Of a DNA stretch of 64,000 nucleotides, positions 1-9,770 are shown one piece after another. Position numbers and translations under genes: made by a program. Source of the DNA: Alphaproteobacteria bacterium (GTDB lineage Bacteria; Pseudomonadota; Alphaproteobacteria; RS24); NCBI GenBank assembly GCA_965656255.1, contig CBFHJI010000001.1, positions 8,505 to 72,504 of the forward strand. The letters are read 5' to 3'. The notes under the pieces were generated by a model. That model was not told the DNA's origin. It saw nothing but the letters and a program-made list of their open reading frames with translations, and did no database searches. The number at the start of each line of letters is the position of its first letter. Within the stretch, counting starts at the first letter, position 1.

Positions 1-676
1 CAAGACCAATAGCCGACTTAACAGTGCCGGAGGTTAGCCCGCCAGCCTCAGTGACGCCAATATGGAGAGGACAATCAATGACCTCGGATAATTGCTGATA
101 AGCGGCGATAGTTAAAAACACATCAGAAGCTTTGACACTGATCTTATAGTTCCGAAAATCATGCTCCTCCAACAAATTCACATGATACATAGCGCTGGCG
201 ACCATTGCCTCAGGGCAAGGCTCACCATATTCCTCGAGCAAGTGACGCTCTAAAGACCCAGCATTCACGCCAATTCTAATGGCACAACCATGATCTTTGG
301 CCGCCTGAACAACATCGCGAACTCGTCCAGCATCACCAATATTGCCTGGGTTAATCCGCAAACACGCGGCGCCGGCTTCCGCGGCCTCAATCGCACGTTT
401 ATAATGAAAATGAATATCCGCAATGACTGGCACCGAAACGCTTTTGACAATTTGTTTCAAGCCCGCCGTGGATGCTTCATCGGGACAAGATACACGGACT
501 AGATCCGCGCCCGCTTCTTCAATTGATTTAATTTGACGAATGGTCGCATCGACATCACTCGTCAATGTGTTGGTCATCGATTGCACTGAAATCGGGGCAT
601 CCCCCCCAATAAGAACCGACCCAACATTAATTTGGCGTGTTTTTCGGCGGTCAATATTTCGCCATGGCCTAATCAT
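1..676 (-). CDS. ispG: 4-hydroxy-3-methylbut-2-enyl diphosphate synthase IspG/GcpE, N-terminal part (3' end cut by window edge)
   Basis: Not in the ORF track. Reverse-strand translation from ATG at 676 reads [65 protein letters not shown]..., the conserved IspG N-terminus. The frame stays open to position 1. Confidence 0.9.
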   Translation of the reverse strand, partial: MIRPWRNIDRRKTRQINVGSVLIGGDAPISVQSMTNTLTSDVDATIRQIKSIEEAGADLVRVSCPDEASTAGLKQIVKSVSVPVIADIHFHYKRAIEAAEAGAACLRINPGNIGDAGRVRDVVQAAKDHGCAIRIGVNAGSLERHLLEEYGEPCPEAMVASAMYHVNLLEEHDFRNYKISVKASDVFLTIAAYQQLSEVIDCPLHIGVTEAGGLTSGTVKSAIGL

Positions 677-703
677 GATGAATCCTTATCTAACCCGGCG
701 GCC

Positions 704-1702
704 TTAGCGGCTAGGTCTGTCTATGAAAATTGAACGCGTAAATCGGCGACGAGCAATAATTTCATTATCTCTGCCTACCGTACCAACAACAATGCCGTCA
801 CGAACAATTTCTAATGCACCCGCATCGCGCGACGCAACATAATATACGATCCCATCATTTAACTGGTAGCGGGCACCTTCGTCAACGATGCTAGAAAGCA
901 AAATTCGCCCATCCTCATCCGACAAACGCAACCATGTCATCCGTTTTGCTCTGATAAACACTTCCACCGGCTTTATCGGCGCCACGACCTCTTCCTCAAC
1001 TATGGCCTGCGAATCCAAAGCCTCATCAGACGCTATAACGGTTGTTGAATCTTCGCCAAGAGCGATATTATCTATTTCGGCAGGAGCCAATTCCAACACA
1101 ACGACTTCGCGCTCAGACTGATCTGGCATGGGGATACCCAAAGGCATATTTTCTTGAGGCTCAACAGACTCTTGAGACAAGTCCGGTGCCTCAAGTGCAG
1201 GCAAGTCTGGCTCAATTAAGACAGTTTCTTTAATTTTTGCCTCGATTGGTTCAGGCGCCTGCCCTTGCTCCAATTCAACCACCGGTTCACTACCCTCAGA
1301 GGGCTCTGTTACATATGAATTATGACCGGAGACAAAGAAAATGAGCCAAACAAAAACAACAAGGCTAATCGACCCAGCAGCAATAGCGACTTTGATCTTT
1401 GTTGGGAGTGCTTCTTCTGCGGGGCCTTGAAAATCAAGTACCATTTCTTGCTGCACCGTCTCGGCATGATAACGCTGAATAAGCGCATCAGCATCCAAGC
1501 CCAAATAGCTAGCATAATTGCGCATAAAGCCGATGACATAAACATGCCCGCCAATGAGCTCATAATCCTCATCTTCAATTGCCGCCAAATATCGCTCTGA
1601 AATTCTTAAGTCATTGGCGATGAACGGTACCGTTAAGCCACGTTCTTGACGACGAACTCTAAATTCTTGTCCAAGCCCCAATACACAAACCTCCAAAAGC
1701 AA
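704..1702 (-). CDS. RodZ-like HTH (Xre-type) membrane protein with acidic/Pro-rich linker and C-terminal DUF4115-like domain
   Basis: N-terminal HTH (RRQERGLTVPFIANDLRISERYLAAIEDEDYE), one TM segment (VAIAAGSISLVVFVWLIFFV) and an acidic linker. It lies directly upstream of ispG, the usual rodZ-ispG synteny. Confidence 0.6.
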   Translation of the reverse strand: MLLEVCVLGLGQEFRVRRQERGLTVPFIANDLRISERYLAAIEDEDYELIGGHVYVIGFMRNYASYLGLDADALIQRYHAETVQQEMVLDFQGPAEEALPTKIKVAIAAGSISLVVFVWLIFFVSGHNSYVTEPSEGSEPVVELEQGQAPEPIEAKIKETVLIEPDLPALEAPDLSQESVEPQENMPLGIPMPDQSEREVVVLELAPAEIDNIALGEDSTTVIASDEALDSQAIVEEEVVAPIKPVEVFIRAKRMTWLRLSDEDGRILLSSIVDEGARYQLNDGIVYYVASRDAGALEIVRDGIVVGTVGRDNEIIARRRFTRSIFIDRPSR

Positions 1703-1752
1703 TCCATCCCGCTTAAAGACAAACGGGACTAAAAATCAACTAAGTGAAATAA

Positions 1753-4020
1753 CTATAGCTTAATGCCCTGCTCTTCGGCAATTGCTTCTAAACCCCGGCG
1801 CAGATCAACCCCAGGCTCCAGCAATAAGCGCTTAACCGCTTCGCTAAGACGGGCTTGATTGACAGAACGCACCATTCGCTTCACAGGCCCAATGGCTGAT
1901 GCCGGGATCGATAATTCCTGAAATCCCAATGCCATAACCGTCATCGCCTCCAGGCTATGCCCAACCATCTCTCCACAGATTGAAACCGGCACCCCATAGG
2001 CGCTGGCCTTTAAGCGCACATGCTGCAGCATATGCATAACAGGAAGACTTAAGAATTCATATCGATTGCCGACGCGCGGGTTACCTCGATCGCTGGCAAA
2101 TAAAAACTGCATGAGATCATTGGTTCCAATTGAGAGAAAATCCACTTCTGACAATAACTCATCGAGTTGCCACAAAAGAGCCGGCACTTCGAGCATGGTG
2201 CCAATTTTAAGTGATCGTGGCTCAGGAAGACCGAATTTTGTGAGTCGGTCACATTCTTTTTGCACAAGCTCTCGAGCGGCACGAAATTCGTCAACGGTTG
2301 CGACCAGAGGAAACATGATGTCTAAATCGCGACCGGCCGCCGCAGCCAATAGCGCGCGAATTTGATAACGTAATAAAGCGGGGCGATCGAGCGAGATACG
2401 GACAGCCCGCCATCCCATTGCTGGATTTTCCTCTTGCCCGATACGCATATAAGGCAGCACTTTATCGCCGCCAATATCGAGTGTACGGAATACAATTTTG
2501 TTATCGCCCACAGCATCCAAGACCTGTTTATAAAAAACACGCTGCTCTTCTTGTCGAGGCAATCTTGACGAGACCATAAATTGAAGCTCGGTTCGAAATA
2601 ATCCAATATTATCAGCACCAGAAGCAGCGAGGTTTTCAACATCAACCATCAAGCCCGCATTGAGATTGAGCGTCATATCGTAACCATCGCGCGTGACCGC
2701 AGGTAAATGCCGAATACGCGCATAACGTTTCAAACGCCGCGCCCGCAACCGCGCGCGGTCGCTATAGGCGGCAATAATTTCATCTGTCGGTGTTAAGTGT
2801 ACATCGCCGCGATCAGCATCAACAATAATATTATCATCATCATTAACGACACCAACAATGCCCCGAACACCCCCGATAAGAGGAATGTTAAGTGCGCGCG
2901 CGACGATCGCAACATGGGCGCCCATAGCCCCCTCTTCTAAAATGAGCCCACGCAATTTTCGTCGGTCATAATCGAGCAATTCAGCAGGGCCCATTGTTCT
3001 GGCAATCAAAATAGCATGGCGTGGCAGTTTATCATCTGATGAACGCAAGGCGCGGCCACTCAAGATACGCAGAAGACGATTGGTTAAATCTTCAAAATCA
3101 TTTAACCGATCACGCAAATATTGATCGCGTTGACCAGTCACCCGCGCGCGCATATTATTCATAACGCGCTCCGCACCAGCCTCGGCCGTCAGACCCGTTT
3201 TGATCGCGTCATTTATGCGGCGCAACCAACCCCGATCATTAGCGAACATGCGATAGGTTTCCAAAACATCCAAATGCTCACCTGCATGTGATACATCTTC
3301 TGTCTGTAACAGATTGTCGACATCGCGACGCAGCACATAGACGGCTTGATCGAGGCGACGAATTTCCTCTTCGACGTCATCAGCAATTAATTTGGTCACT
3401 TCTACGCGCGGCTCATGAAGAACAGCCTGCCCTAGGGCCAAGCCTTCGGTCAGACCTTGACCATGAAATACTCGCGGTGTGTTTTTTTGTATTTCCGAAA
3501 CGCTTGGCCCATCAACACCGGTTGGAAACATTTCCGAGAGAACCATTGCAACCGTTTGCAAAGCCTCAACCTCTTCATCAACGAAGCGGCGTTGGGTTAC
3601 ATTTTGCACAACCAAAACGCCACTGACTTGATCCCCTCTTAAGATCGGAACACCAACAAAGGAGATAAAGGGATCTTCCCCCGTTTCAGGCCGGTAAACA
3701 AAGCGAGGATGCGAAGGTGCCTCTGCCAGATTCAAGGCGCGCGCATGCTGGGCAATATCACCAACAAGGCCTTCCCCAATCTTCAATGTCGTTTGGTGTA
3801 CAGATTCAGAATTAAGACCTTGGGTGGCATATAGCTCAAGAAGGTTATCAGGCCGACGAATATAGATAGAGCATACCGCCGCCTCCATGCTGGCAGCAAT
3901 CATTTGCACGATCTTGTCGAGACGGTCTTGGCGGTCACCCACCGTTGCCATAAGTTCTCTTAGTCGCCGCAATAATACGCGCGGACCTTCCATCGAGAGG
4001 GGCATTATAGCGCCTTTCAT
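1753..4020 (-). CDS. ptsP: Phosphoenolpyruvate-protein phosphotransferase EI-Ntr (GAF domain + PEP-utilising enzyme)
   Basis: 755 aa. N-terminal GAF-like region followed by an enzyme I core (GGVRGIVGVV, TNDLMQF, LDIGGDK motifs). Next to lysC, as is common in alphaproteobacteria. Confidence 0.85.
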   Translation of the reverse strand: MKGAIMPLSMEGPRVLLRRLRELMATVGDRQDRLDKIVQMIAASMEAAVCSIYIRRPDNLLELYATQGLNSESVHQTTLKIGEGLVGDIAQHARALNLAEAPSHPRFVYRPETGEDPFISFVGVPILRGDQVSGVLVVQNVTQRRFVDEEVEALQTVAMVLSEMFPTGVDGPSVSEIQKNTPRVFHGQGLTEGLALGQAVLHEPRVEVTKLIADDVEEEIRRLDQAVYVLRRDVDNLLQTEDVSHAGEHLDVLETYRMFANDRGWLRRINDAIKTGLTAEAGAERVMNNMRARVTGQRDQYLRDRLNDFEDLTNRLLRILSGRALRSSDDKLPRHAILIARTMGPAELLDYDRRKLRGLILEEGAMGAHVAIVARALNIPLIGGVRGIVGVVNDDDNIIVDADRGDVHLTPTDEIIAAYSDRARLRARRLKRYARIRHLPAVTRDGYDMTLNLNAGLMVDVENLAASGADNIGLFRTELQFMVSSRLPRQEEQRVFYKQVLDAVGDNKIVFRTLDIGGDKVLPYMRIGQEENPAMGWRAVRISLDRPALLRYQIRALLAAAAGRDLDIMFPLVATVDEFRAARELVQKECDRLTKFGLPEPRSLKIGTMLEVPALLWQLDELLSEVDFLSIGTNDLMQFLFASDRGNPRVGNRYEFLSLPVMHMLQHVRLKASAYGVPVSICGEMVGHSLEAMTVMALGFQELSIPASAIGPVKRMVRSVNQARLSEAVKRLLLEPGVDLRRGLEAIAEEQGIKL

Positions 4021-4083
4021 ATACGTCAGTTACGCTGTTCGTATTCGTATCGAGACTTAAACTAAGCCTCTTCCTTTAACCCT

Positions 4084-5331
4084 TTACGCTTCAGCTAGCC
4101 CAAACCCGTCATGCAAAGCACGCACGGCAAGTTCGGCATAATCGGCATCGAGCAATACACTGACCTTAATTTCCGATGTTGATATTACATGGATGTTAAT
4201 GCCACGATCAGCCAATATCTGGAACATTTTCTGGGCTACGCCGGCATGTGAACGCATGCCAATGCCAACAATGGACACTTTCGCCATGCCAGGCTTTTGA
4301 TCAACAGATGTAAATCCAACCTCATCATTAATCGCCTCAATCACCTTTATGGCCCGTGGCAAGTCGTCATTGGCAATTGTAAAGGTCAAATCCGTTTCAT
4401 TTCCGTCAACTGAAACATTTTGAACAATCATATCAACATTAACGGCAGCTTCAGCAAGCGCGCCAAAAATACGAGCTGCGACACCAGGCTGATCAGGCAC
4501 GCCTCTGAGTGTAACCTTAGCTTCATTGCGCGCATATGCAATACCGCTCACAACTTCTTGTTCCATTATTTCTTCCTCACTACATATCAGGGTGCCGACC
4601 AGGCCGTCCTCAGGGTAGTCTTGATCGGGTGCGTCAAAGCTCGATCGCACTTGCAATTTTACATTATGCACCATTGCCAACTCCGCAGAGCGCGTTTGCA
4701 AAACCTTGGCGCCAGAGGAAGCCATCTCAAGCATTTCCTCATAAGAAACGCGCGCTAAACGACGCGCAGTCTCAACAATACGCGGGTCGGTTGTATACAC
4801 ACCATCCACATCCGTATAAATATCGCAACGATCCGCTCCAATCGCGCCGGCCAAGGCAACTGCACTTGTATCTGATCCTCCGCGACCAAGCGTTGTGATA
4901 CGGTTATCATCAGAAATACCCTGAAAGCCAGCAACAACAGCAACTCGTCCATCACGCATTTGCGCAATCATTTTATCCGCATCAATACCCATAATGCGCG
5001 CCGAACTATGCATAGCGCTGGTTTTAACTGGAATTTGCCAACCGAGCCAACTGCGCGCCGAAACACCAATATCCTGCAAGGCAATTGCTAAAAGCCCAAC
5101 GCTAATTTGTTCACCCGCAGCGACAATAACATCATATTCACGCGCGTCATGGAGCGGTGATAACCCCTTAGCCAGATCAACCAATCGATTTGTTTCACCC
5201 GACATTGCGGAGACAACCACAGCAACCTCGTGGCCGGCATCCACCTCGCGCTTAACGTGACGCGCAACATTACGGATACGATCAAGATCGCCCACTGAAG
5301 TACCGCCAAATTTCATGACCAAGCGCGCCAT
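4084..5331 (-). CDS. lysC: Aspartate kinase
   Basis: MARLVMKFGGTSV start with AAGGGA SD-like sequence upstream. C-terminal ACT domains. The track ORF extends 7 codons further upstream. Confidence 0.9.
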   Translation of the reverse strand: MARLVMKFGGTSVGDLDRIRNVARHVKREVDAGHEVAVVVSAMSGETNRLVDLAKGLSPLHDAREYDVIVAAGEQISVGLLAIALQDIGVSARSWLGWQIPVKTSAMHSSARIMGIDADKMIAQMRDGRVAVVAGFQGISDDNRITTLGRGGSDTSAVALAGAIGADRCDIYTDVDGVYTTDPRIVETARRLARVSYEEMLEMASSGAKVLQTRSAELAMVHNVKLQVRSSFDAPDQDYPEDGLVGTLICSEEEIMEQEVVSGIAYARNEAKVTLRGVPDQPGVAARIFGALAEAAVNVDMIVQNVSVDGNETDLTFTIANDDLPRAIKVIEAINDEVGFTSVDQKPGMAKVSIVGIGMRSHAGVAQKMFQILADRGINIHVISTSEIKVSVLLDADYAELAVRALHDGFGLAEA

Positions 5332-5434
5332 TATTCCCTTTCTTCCGCACACGCACTATATTAATGAATGCGTCCACGTTTTCCTTTTTGTCTATACCAT
5401 ACAAAAACGCGGCACACTTACACGATTTTAGGCC

Positions 5435-6238
5435 ATGATGGCAAATATAAAGGACATAAAAGAAATGGGACAAATGAAAGAGACCCCGCAAAAGGCAATC
5501 ACAATTGACCCAGAAGAAGTGGCGAAATTTACAGCCATGGCTGAAGATTGGTGGAATCCCAAGGGTAAGTTCCGTCCCCTTCATAAATTTAACCCAACGC
5601 GTTTAACCTATATTCGCAATCATTTATGTTCACATTTTGGCAAAAACCCAGAAGATGAACGCCCGCTCGAAGGCATAAGATTGCTAGATATTGGCTGTGG
5701 CGGTGGCTTATTGAGCGAGCCAATGGCACGTTTGGGCGCCAGCGTTACAGGTGCCGATGCCAGCCCCGCCAACATTAAAACGGCTCATATTCACGCCCAA
5801 AGCCAAGGGCTTAATATCGAATACCGAGCCATCACCGCAGAAGAACTTGTTACAGAAGGTCTGCAATTTGATGCTATTTTAAACATGGAAGTCGTTGAAC
5901 ATGTCGCCGATGTTCAGGCTTTTATAGGGGCTTGCGGCCAATTGCTTGCGCCATCAGGCATGATGTTTTTAGCAACACTTAATAGAACACTCAAAGCATT
6001 TGGGCTTGCTGTTGTTGGCGCTGAATATATTTTAGGTTGGCTGCCGCGCGGCACCCATGATTGGCACAAATTCGTTACCCCGCGCGAGCTCGAGGATGCC
6101 CTCAACCAAGCTGGCCTGGCACTGACCAGCTCAACAGGTGTTAGCTTTAATCCATTGCGGGACAGATGGTCCTTAAGCGGCGATCTTGACGTAAATTATA
6201 TGGGGATTGCGCAACACAAAAGTACAACAACCAATTAG
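5435..6238 (+). CDS. ubiG: Ubiquinone biosynthesis O-methyltransferase
   Basis: SAM motif I LLDIGCGGGLLSE and a UbiG-like sequence throughout. Divergent from lysC. Exact start among several Met codons is uncertain. Confidence 0.85.
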   Translation: MMANIKDIKEMGQMKETPQKAITIDPEEVAKFTAMAEDWWNPKGKFRPLHKFNPTRLTYIRNHLCSHFGKNPEDERPLEGIRLLDIGCGGGLLSEPMARLGASVTGADASPANIKTAHIHAQSQGLNIEYRAITAEELVTEGLQFDAILNMEVVEHVADVQAFIGACGQLLAPSGMMFLATLNRTLKAFGLAVVGAEYILGWLPRGTHDWHKFVTPRELEDALNQAGLALTSSTGVSFNPLRDRWSLSGDLDVNYMGIAQHKSTTTN

Positions 6239-6259
6239 ACTACCGCCTTAGCGCCCCAT

Positions 6260-6670
6260 TTAGTTCTTCACATTTGGGGGTAAAATGGGCAAGGGCGCAA
6301 CAGGCACGCCTTCATCAATAAGTGCCTTAGCCTCTTCAAGCGTTGTTTCGCCATAAATATCTCTGTCTTCGCGATCACCATAGTAAATCGCGCGGGCCTC
6401 ATCGGCAAAAGCATCACCAACATATTCGTAGTTTTTGCTCACATCTTCTAAAATTGTCTTCATCACCTGTTGTTGGCCTAGATTATCGCGCAATGTCATA
6501 TTTGATTTTTTAGTAATTGACGGTGCCATGATCGCACGTTGAACTTTGGCTGAATGACAAATGGGGCAATTCAGATGCCCTGCATCTGATTGAGTCTCAT
6601 AGCTTTGAATATTATCAAACCAAGCCTCAAACTCGTGCTCTGAGTCGCAAATCAAATTATATTTAATCAC
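6260..6670 (-). CDS. DUF1178 family zinc-ribbon protein
   Basis: MIKYNLICDSEHEFEAWF...CPICHS pattern typical of DUF1178, recalled from memory. Confidence 0.6.
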   Translation of the reverse strand: MIKYNLICDSEHEFEAWFDNIQSYETQSDAGHLNCPICHSAKVQRAIMAPSITKKSNMTLRDNLGQQQVMKTILEDVSKNYEYVGDAFADEARAIYYGDREDRDIYGETTLEEAKALIDEGVPVAPLPILPPNVKN

Positions 6671-6686
6671 GCTCTAAAAACTCCAC

Positions 6687-7532
6687 TTAAGATACAATAT
6701 CCAAATCGAAATCTCGATCATGAGTTAAAGCTGGTATTTGTGACCGGGCGCTGTCGACAGCATCTAGATTCACATCCACAGATATTAACTCCACATCTCC
6801 TATATTGGGTTGGTTCTGCGCATTTACAAGAATTTCACCCCAAGGATTGACTACAAGGCTATGCCCGTAAGTCGCTCGGCCATTTTCATGAATACCACTT
6901 TGCGCCGGGGCTATGATAAAGCACCCTGTCTCAATTGCCCGCGCCCGCAATAAAACATGCCAATGGGCCTCCCCGGTCGGGCGTGTAAAGGCGCTTGGTA
7001 CAGTAATGATATCAGCGCCGGCCTGCGCAAGTCTCCGAAAAAGCTGCGGGAACCTTACGTCATAACAGATAGTTAATCCAATATTGGCCATAGCTGACTT
7101 ATATAAGGTGGCTTTCTCACCGGGACGAAACCTCTGGGATTCGCGGTGCCGCTCCCCTGAAGCGAGGGTTACATCAAAAAGATGGATTTTATCATATCGC
7201 GCCTTCACGACGCCATCAGCATCAATCAAAAGCGACCGATTTGCCGCACGCATATCCTCAGACTGAACGAAGACAGACCCCGCCAGAACCATAACCCCAT
7301 ACTGATGAGCTGCATCACACAAGCCGCGCACAAAGAGATCATCTTCTTCTGCGCAAAGCCGCTCAGCAATTTTATCCGCTCCTTGAACCATAAAATTACT
7401 GGTCTCCGGCAAGGTTATAAAATGCGCGCCCTGCTCAGCCGCCGCTGCGAGTGCTGGCAAGACTTTATCCAGATTTTGTCTCTTATCTTCGCCAGTGCAG
7501 GTCTGAATACAGGCAAGTTTCATATGACGCAT
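6687..7532 (-). CDS. Carbon-nitrogen hydrolase (nitrilase superfamily, Nit-like amidohydrolase)
   Basis: Catalytic-triad contexts LPE (Glu), a Lys region and GLTICYDVRFP (Cys). Confidence 0.8.
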   Translation of the reverse strand: MRHMKLACIQTCTGEDKRQNLDKVLPALAAAAEQGAHFITLPETSNFMVQGADKIAERLCAEEDDLFVRGLCDAAHQYGVMVLAGSVFVQSEDMRAANRSLLIDADGVVKARYDKIHLFDVTLASGERHRESQRFRPGEKATLYKSAMANIGLTICYDVRFPQLFRRLAQAGADIITVPSAFTRPTGEAHWHVLLRARAIETGCFIIAPAQSGIHENGRATYGHSLVVNPWGEILVNAQNQPNIGDVELISVDVNLDAVDSARSQIPALTHDRDFDLDIVS

Positions 7533-7601
7533 ATTATAATCTCATTTTCACATTCTCGAAATTGGCCCGCGCTCATTAAAAGGGCGCCTCCAAAATACAC
7601 T

Positions 7602-8372
7602 TCAACGCACACGACCAATCGTAACCACACCAACCCAAGCAGCACCTGCCGCTTTTAAAGCCTTGCTACACGCATTCACCGTCGCGCCTGTTGTCATCAC
7701 ATCATCCACTAAAATAATGTGGCGTCCAACACATTCTTGCCGCAGCGCTTCTGGTACAAAGAAAGCATGCCGAACATTTTTAGCGCGTTGGGCAGATGAT
7801 AAGCCGGTTTGCGGTTTTGTTGCACGCCGCCGGCGCAAGAGATTTGGGGCATATTGGTGACCGGTTAGCCGTGCGAGCTCGTGAGCCACAATGGAAACCT
7901 GATTATACCGCCGCATGCGCAGACGTCTGACATGCAATGGAACAGGCATGAAAATGAAGGGAGCATTTTTTGGCTCAAGCGAGAAAACAAAGCGCAACAA
8001 CCATCGCGCCATTATATAGGCAAATTCAGGATGATCAGAAAACTTCATTTGCCGAATTAATTGGGCCACAACACCATCATAAAAGCAGGCTGACCGTGCC
8101 CAGTCATAATCGGGCGGATTTTTAAGAACCGCCGGACTAATTGCATCTACACCTAAATCATAAGCGAGCGGCACGCCCGAAACTGCGCAGACGGGATCGA
8201 TTATCCAACTTATCCCTGCCCAACAATCGACGCATAAAGAGAGGATGTTTCCGGTCGGCCGGCGGCATCCAGGACAAGAAGGCGGCAATAAGATGTGAAT
8301 TGCCGCTGAAATGATTTTCGCAAATGCCATTCTATTTTTCTTTATATTTATTTCTGGCTTTAGTTGCGCCAT
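7602..8372 (-). CDS. ComF family phosphoribosyltransferase-domain protein
   Basis: N-terminal Cys pairs (CPGCRRP...CVDCW) and PRTase motif ILVDDVMTTGAT. Start chosen at Met40 of the track ORF; Met54 (8330) is also possible. Confidence 0.7.
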   Translation of the reverse strand: MAQLKPEINIKKNRMAFAKIISAAIHILLPPSCPGCRRPTGNILSLCVDCWAGISWIIDPVCAVSGVPLAYDLGVDAISPAVLKNPPDYDWARSACFYDGVVAQLIRQMKFSDHPEFAYIMARWLLRFVFSLEPKNAPFIFMPVPLHVRRLRMRRYNQVSIVAHELARLTGHQYAPNLLRRRRATKPQTGLSSAQRAKNVRHAFFVPEALRQECVGRHIILVDDVMTTGATVNACSKALKAAGAAWVGVVTIGRVR

Positions 8373-8411
8373 AGTGGCCCAAATCCTGTCGCGCCGCAAT
8401 AATGCGGAGCG

Positions 8412-9296
8412 ATGCGCAAAAGAGTATCTCGCATGAATGCATCTATTCCAATGATTTTTGATGCCCAGCAACGTCGCCGGCAACGACAAAAATTAACAGC
8501 TGGAGATCACGACATCTTGCTCCGCCGATCAGCCGAAGATATTGCCGAACGCGTCATCGGCATGACCAGAGATTTTGACAATGCCTTTATTTTTGCACCC
8601 GATATTTTAGAAGATCTCTTTTCCTCAGAACTGAAGGACAAAATCAAAACGCTTCATTTTGAATCATCCAATAGACTTACGGCTAAAAACCCTGAGGACT
8701 GGTCCTTTACGGCTGAGACTTATGATCTCATCATCATTCATTGGGAGCTACACTGTGTTAATGACTTGCCGGGGAGTATGTTACAAATCCGTAGAGCGCT
8801 TAAGCCCGACGGCTTGTTCCTCGCCTGCTTACCTGGCGGCGACACTTTATCTACTTTACGCCAAAGTTTCCTTGCCGCTGACAGCCAAACATTGAACGGC
8901 GCTATACCGCGCATCCACCCTTTTGCAACACTGCAAGACCTTGCTGGCTTAATGCAACGAGCTGGGTTTGCCTTACCTGTTGTCGACAGCGACAATCTCC
9001 GCGTGCGTTATGATGATGCTTTGTTTTTATTGCGCGATATCCAAAATATGGGAGAAGGCACTTGTTTGATTGAGCGGGGCCGTCACAGTTTACGGCGCGA
9101 CACACTCATGGCCATGCGCGCCCATTATAAAGATCATTTTAGTGACCCAGATGGGCGTATTTATGCATATTTTGATTTGCTCTATGCAACCGGCTGGGCT
9201 CCCCATGAAAGCCAACAAAAACCTCTTAAGCCCGGTAGTGCAACAACACGATTAGCAGACGCACTAAATACCAAAGAAATTAAAATTTCTGATTAA
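8412..9296 (+). CDS. NDUFAF5-like class I methyltransferase-fold protein (motif I not recognisable)
   Basis: Blocks HCVNDLP, LKPDGLF, GGDTLSTLR, RIHPF, MGEGTC, GWAPHESQ and PGSATT resemble the NDUFAF5 family, recalled from memory. The start may instead be ATG 8433. Confidence 0.65.
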   Translation: MRKRVSRMNASIPMIFDAQQRRRQRQKLTAGDHDILLRRSAEDIAERVIGMTRDFDNAFIFAPDILEDLFSSELKDKIKTLHFESSNRLTAKNPEDWSFTAETYDLIIIHWELHCVNDLPGSMLQIRRALKPDGLFLACLPGGDTLSTLRQSFLAADSQTLNGAIPRIHPFATLQDLAGLMQRAGFALPVVDSDNLRVRYDDALFLLRDIQNMGEGTCLIERGRHSLRRDTLMAMRAHYKDHFSDPDGRIYAYFDLLYATGWAPHESQQKPLKPGSATTRLADALNTKEIKISD

Positions 9297-9335
9297 AACC
9301 AATGCATCTAACAACTATCTGAAGCAGAATGATTT

Positions 9336-9770
9336 TTAAATCATATCTCGGAGCATAGCGATCAGAGGCAGATCTGCCGGTGGCATATCAAGGGAGGTGA
9401 GCTCTTGGACGGAACACCATTTAACTTGTTGTCCTTCTTGAGGCTGGATAAACCCTTTCCATTTGCGGCACGCATAAAGCGGCATAAGCAAATGGAATGT
9501 CGGATAGGCGTGGCTAGCAAATGTTAAGGGCGCCAAACACGATGCCGTCACATCAATATTAAGTTCTTCTTTCAGCTCGCGGATGAGGCATGACTCGGGT
9601 GTCTCTCCCGACTCCACCTTGCCACCTGGAAACTCCCACAGTCCCGCCATAGATTTTCCGGCGGGCCGTTGGGCAACCAAAACCTGGCGCTCAACATCGA
9701 CCAAAGCACAAGCAGCAACGAGGAGGATGGGTTTAGCTTCTGTAGTCGGCATTAATGGAAATATACCCAT
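9336..9770 (-). CDS. mutT: NUDIX hydrolase, MutT-like 8-oxo-dGTP diphosphatase
   Basis: Nudix box GGKVESGETPESCLIRELKEELNI. The 5' end overlaps the argJ 3' end. Confidence 0.8.
   Translation of the reverse strand: MGIFPLMPTTEAKPILLVAACALVDVERQVLVAQRPAGKSMAGLWEFPGGKVESGETPESCLIRELKEELNIDVTASCLAPLTFASHAYPTFHLLMPLYACRKWKGFIQPQEGQQVKWCSVQELTSLDMPPADLPLIAMLRDMI

Noticed and set aside
265-502. Track ORFs 265..450 (-) and 290..502 (+).
   Set aside because: Both lie inside the clearly identifiable ispG reading frame (1..676, minus strand, a different frame). Their translations have no recognisable features.
5282-5584. 100-aa minus-strand ORF spanning the lysC/ubiG divergent region.
   Set aside because: It overlaps the 5' ends of both well-supported genes. 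It has a Cys/His/Phe-rich junk-like composition and no SD.
9733-9770. 38-nt overlap between the argJ 3' end and the mutT 5' end as a possible recoding or coupling signal.
   Set aside because: It most likely just reflects an over-extended mutT start. An internal Met at 9752 shortens the overlap. Same-strand short overlaps are common throughout this compact window.
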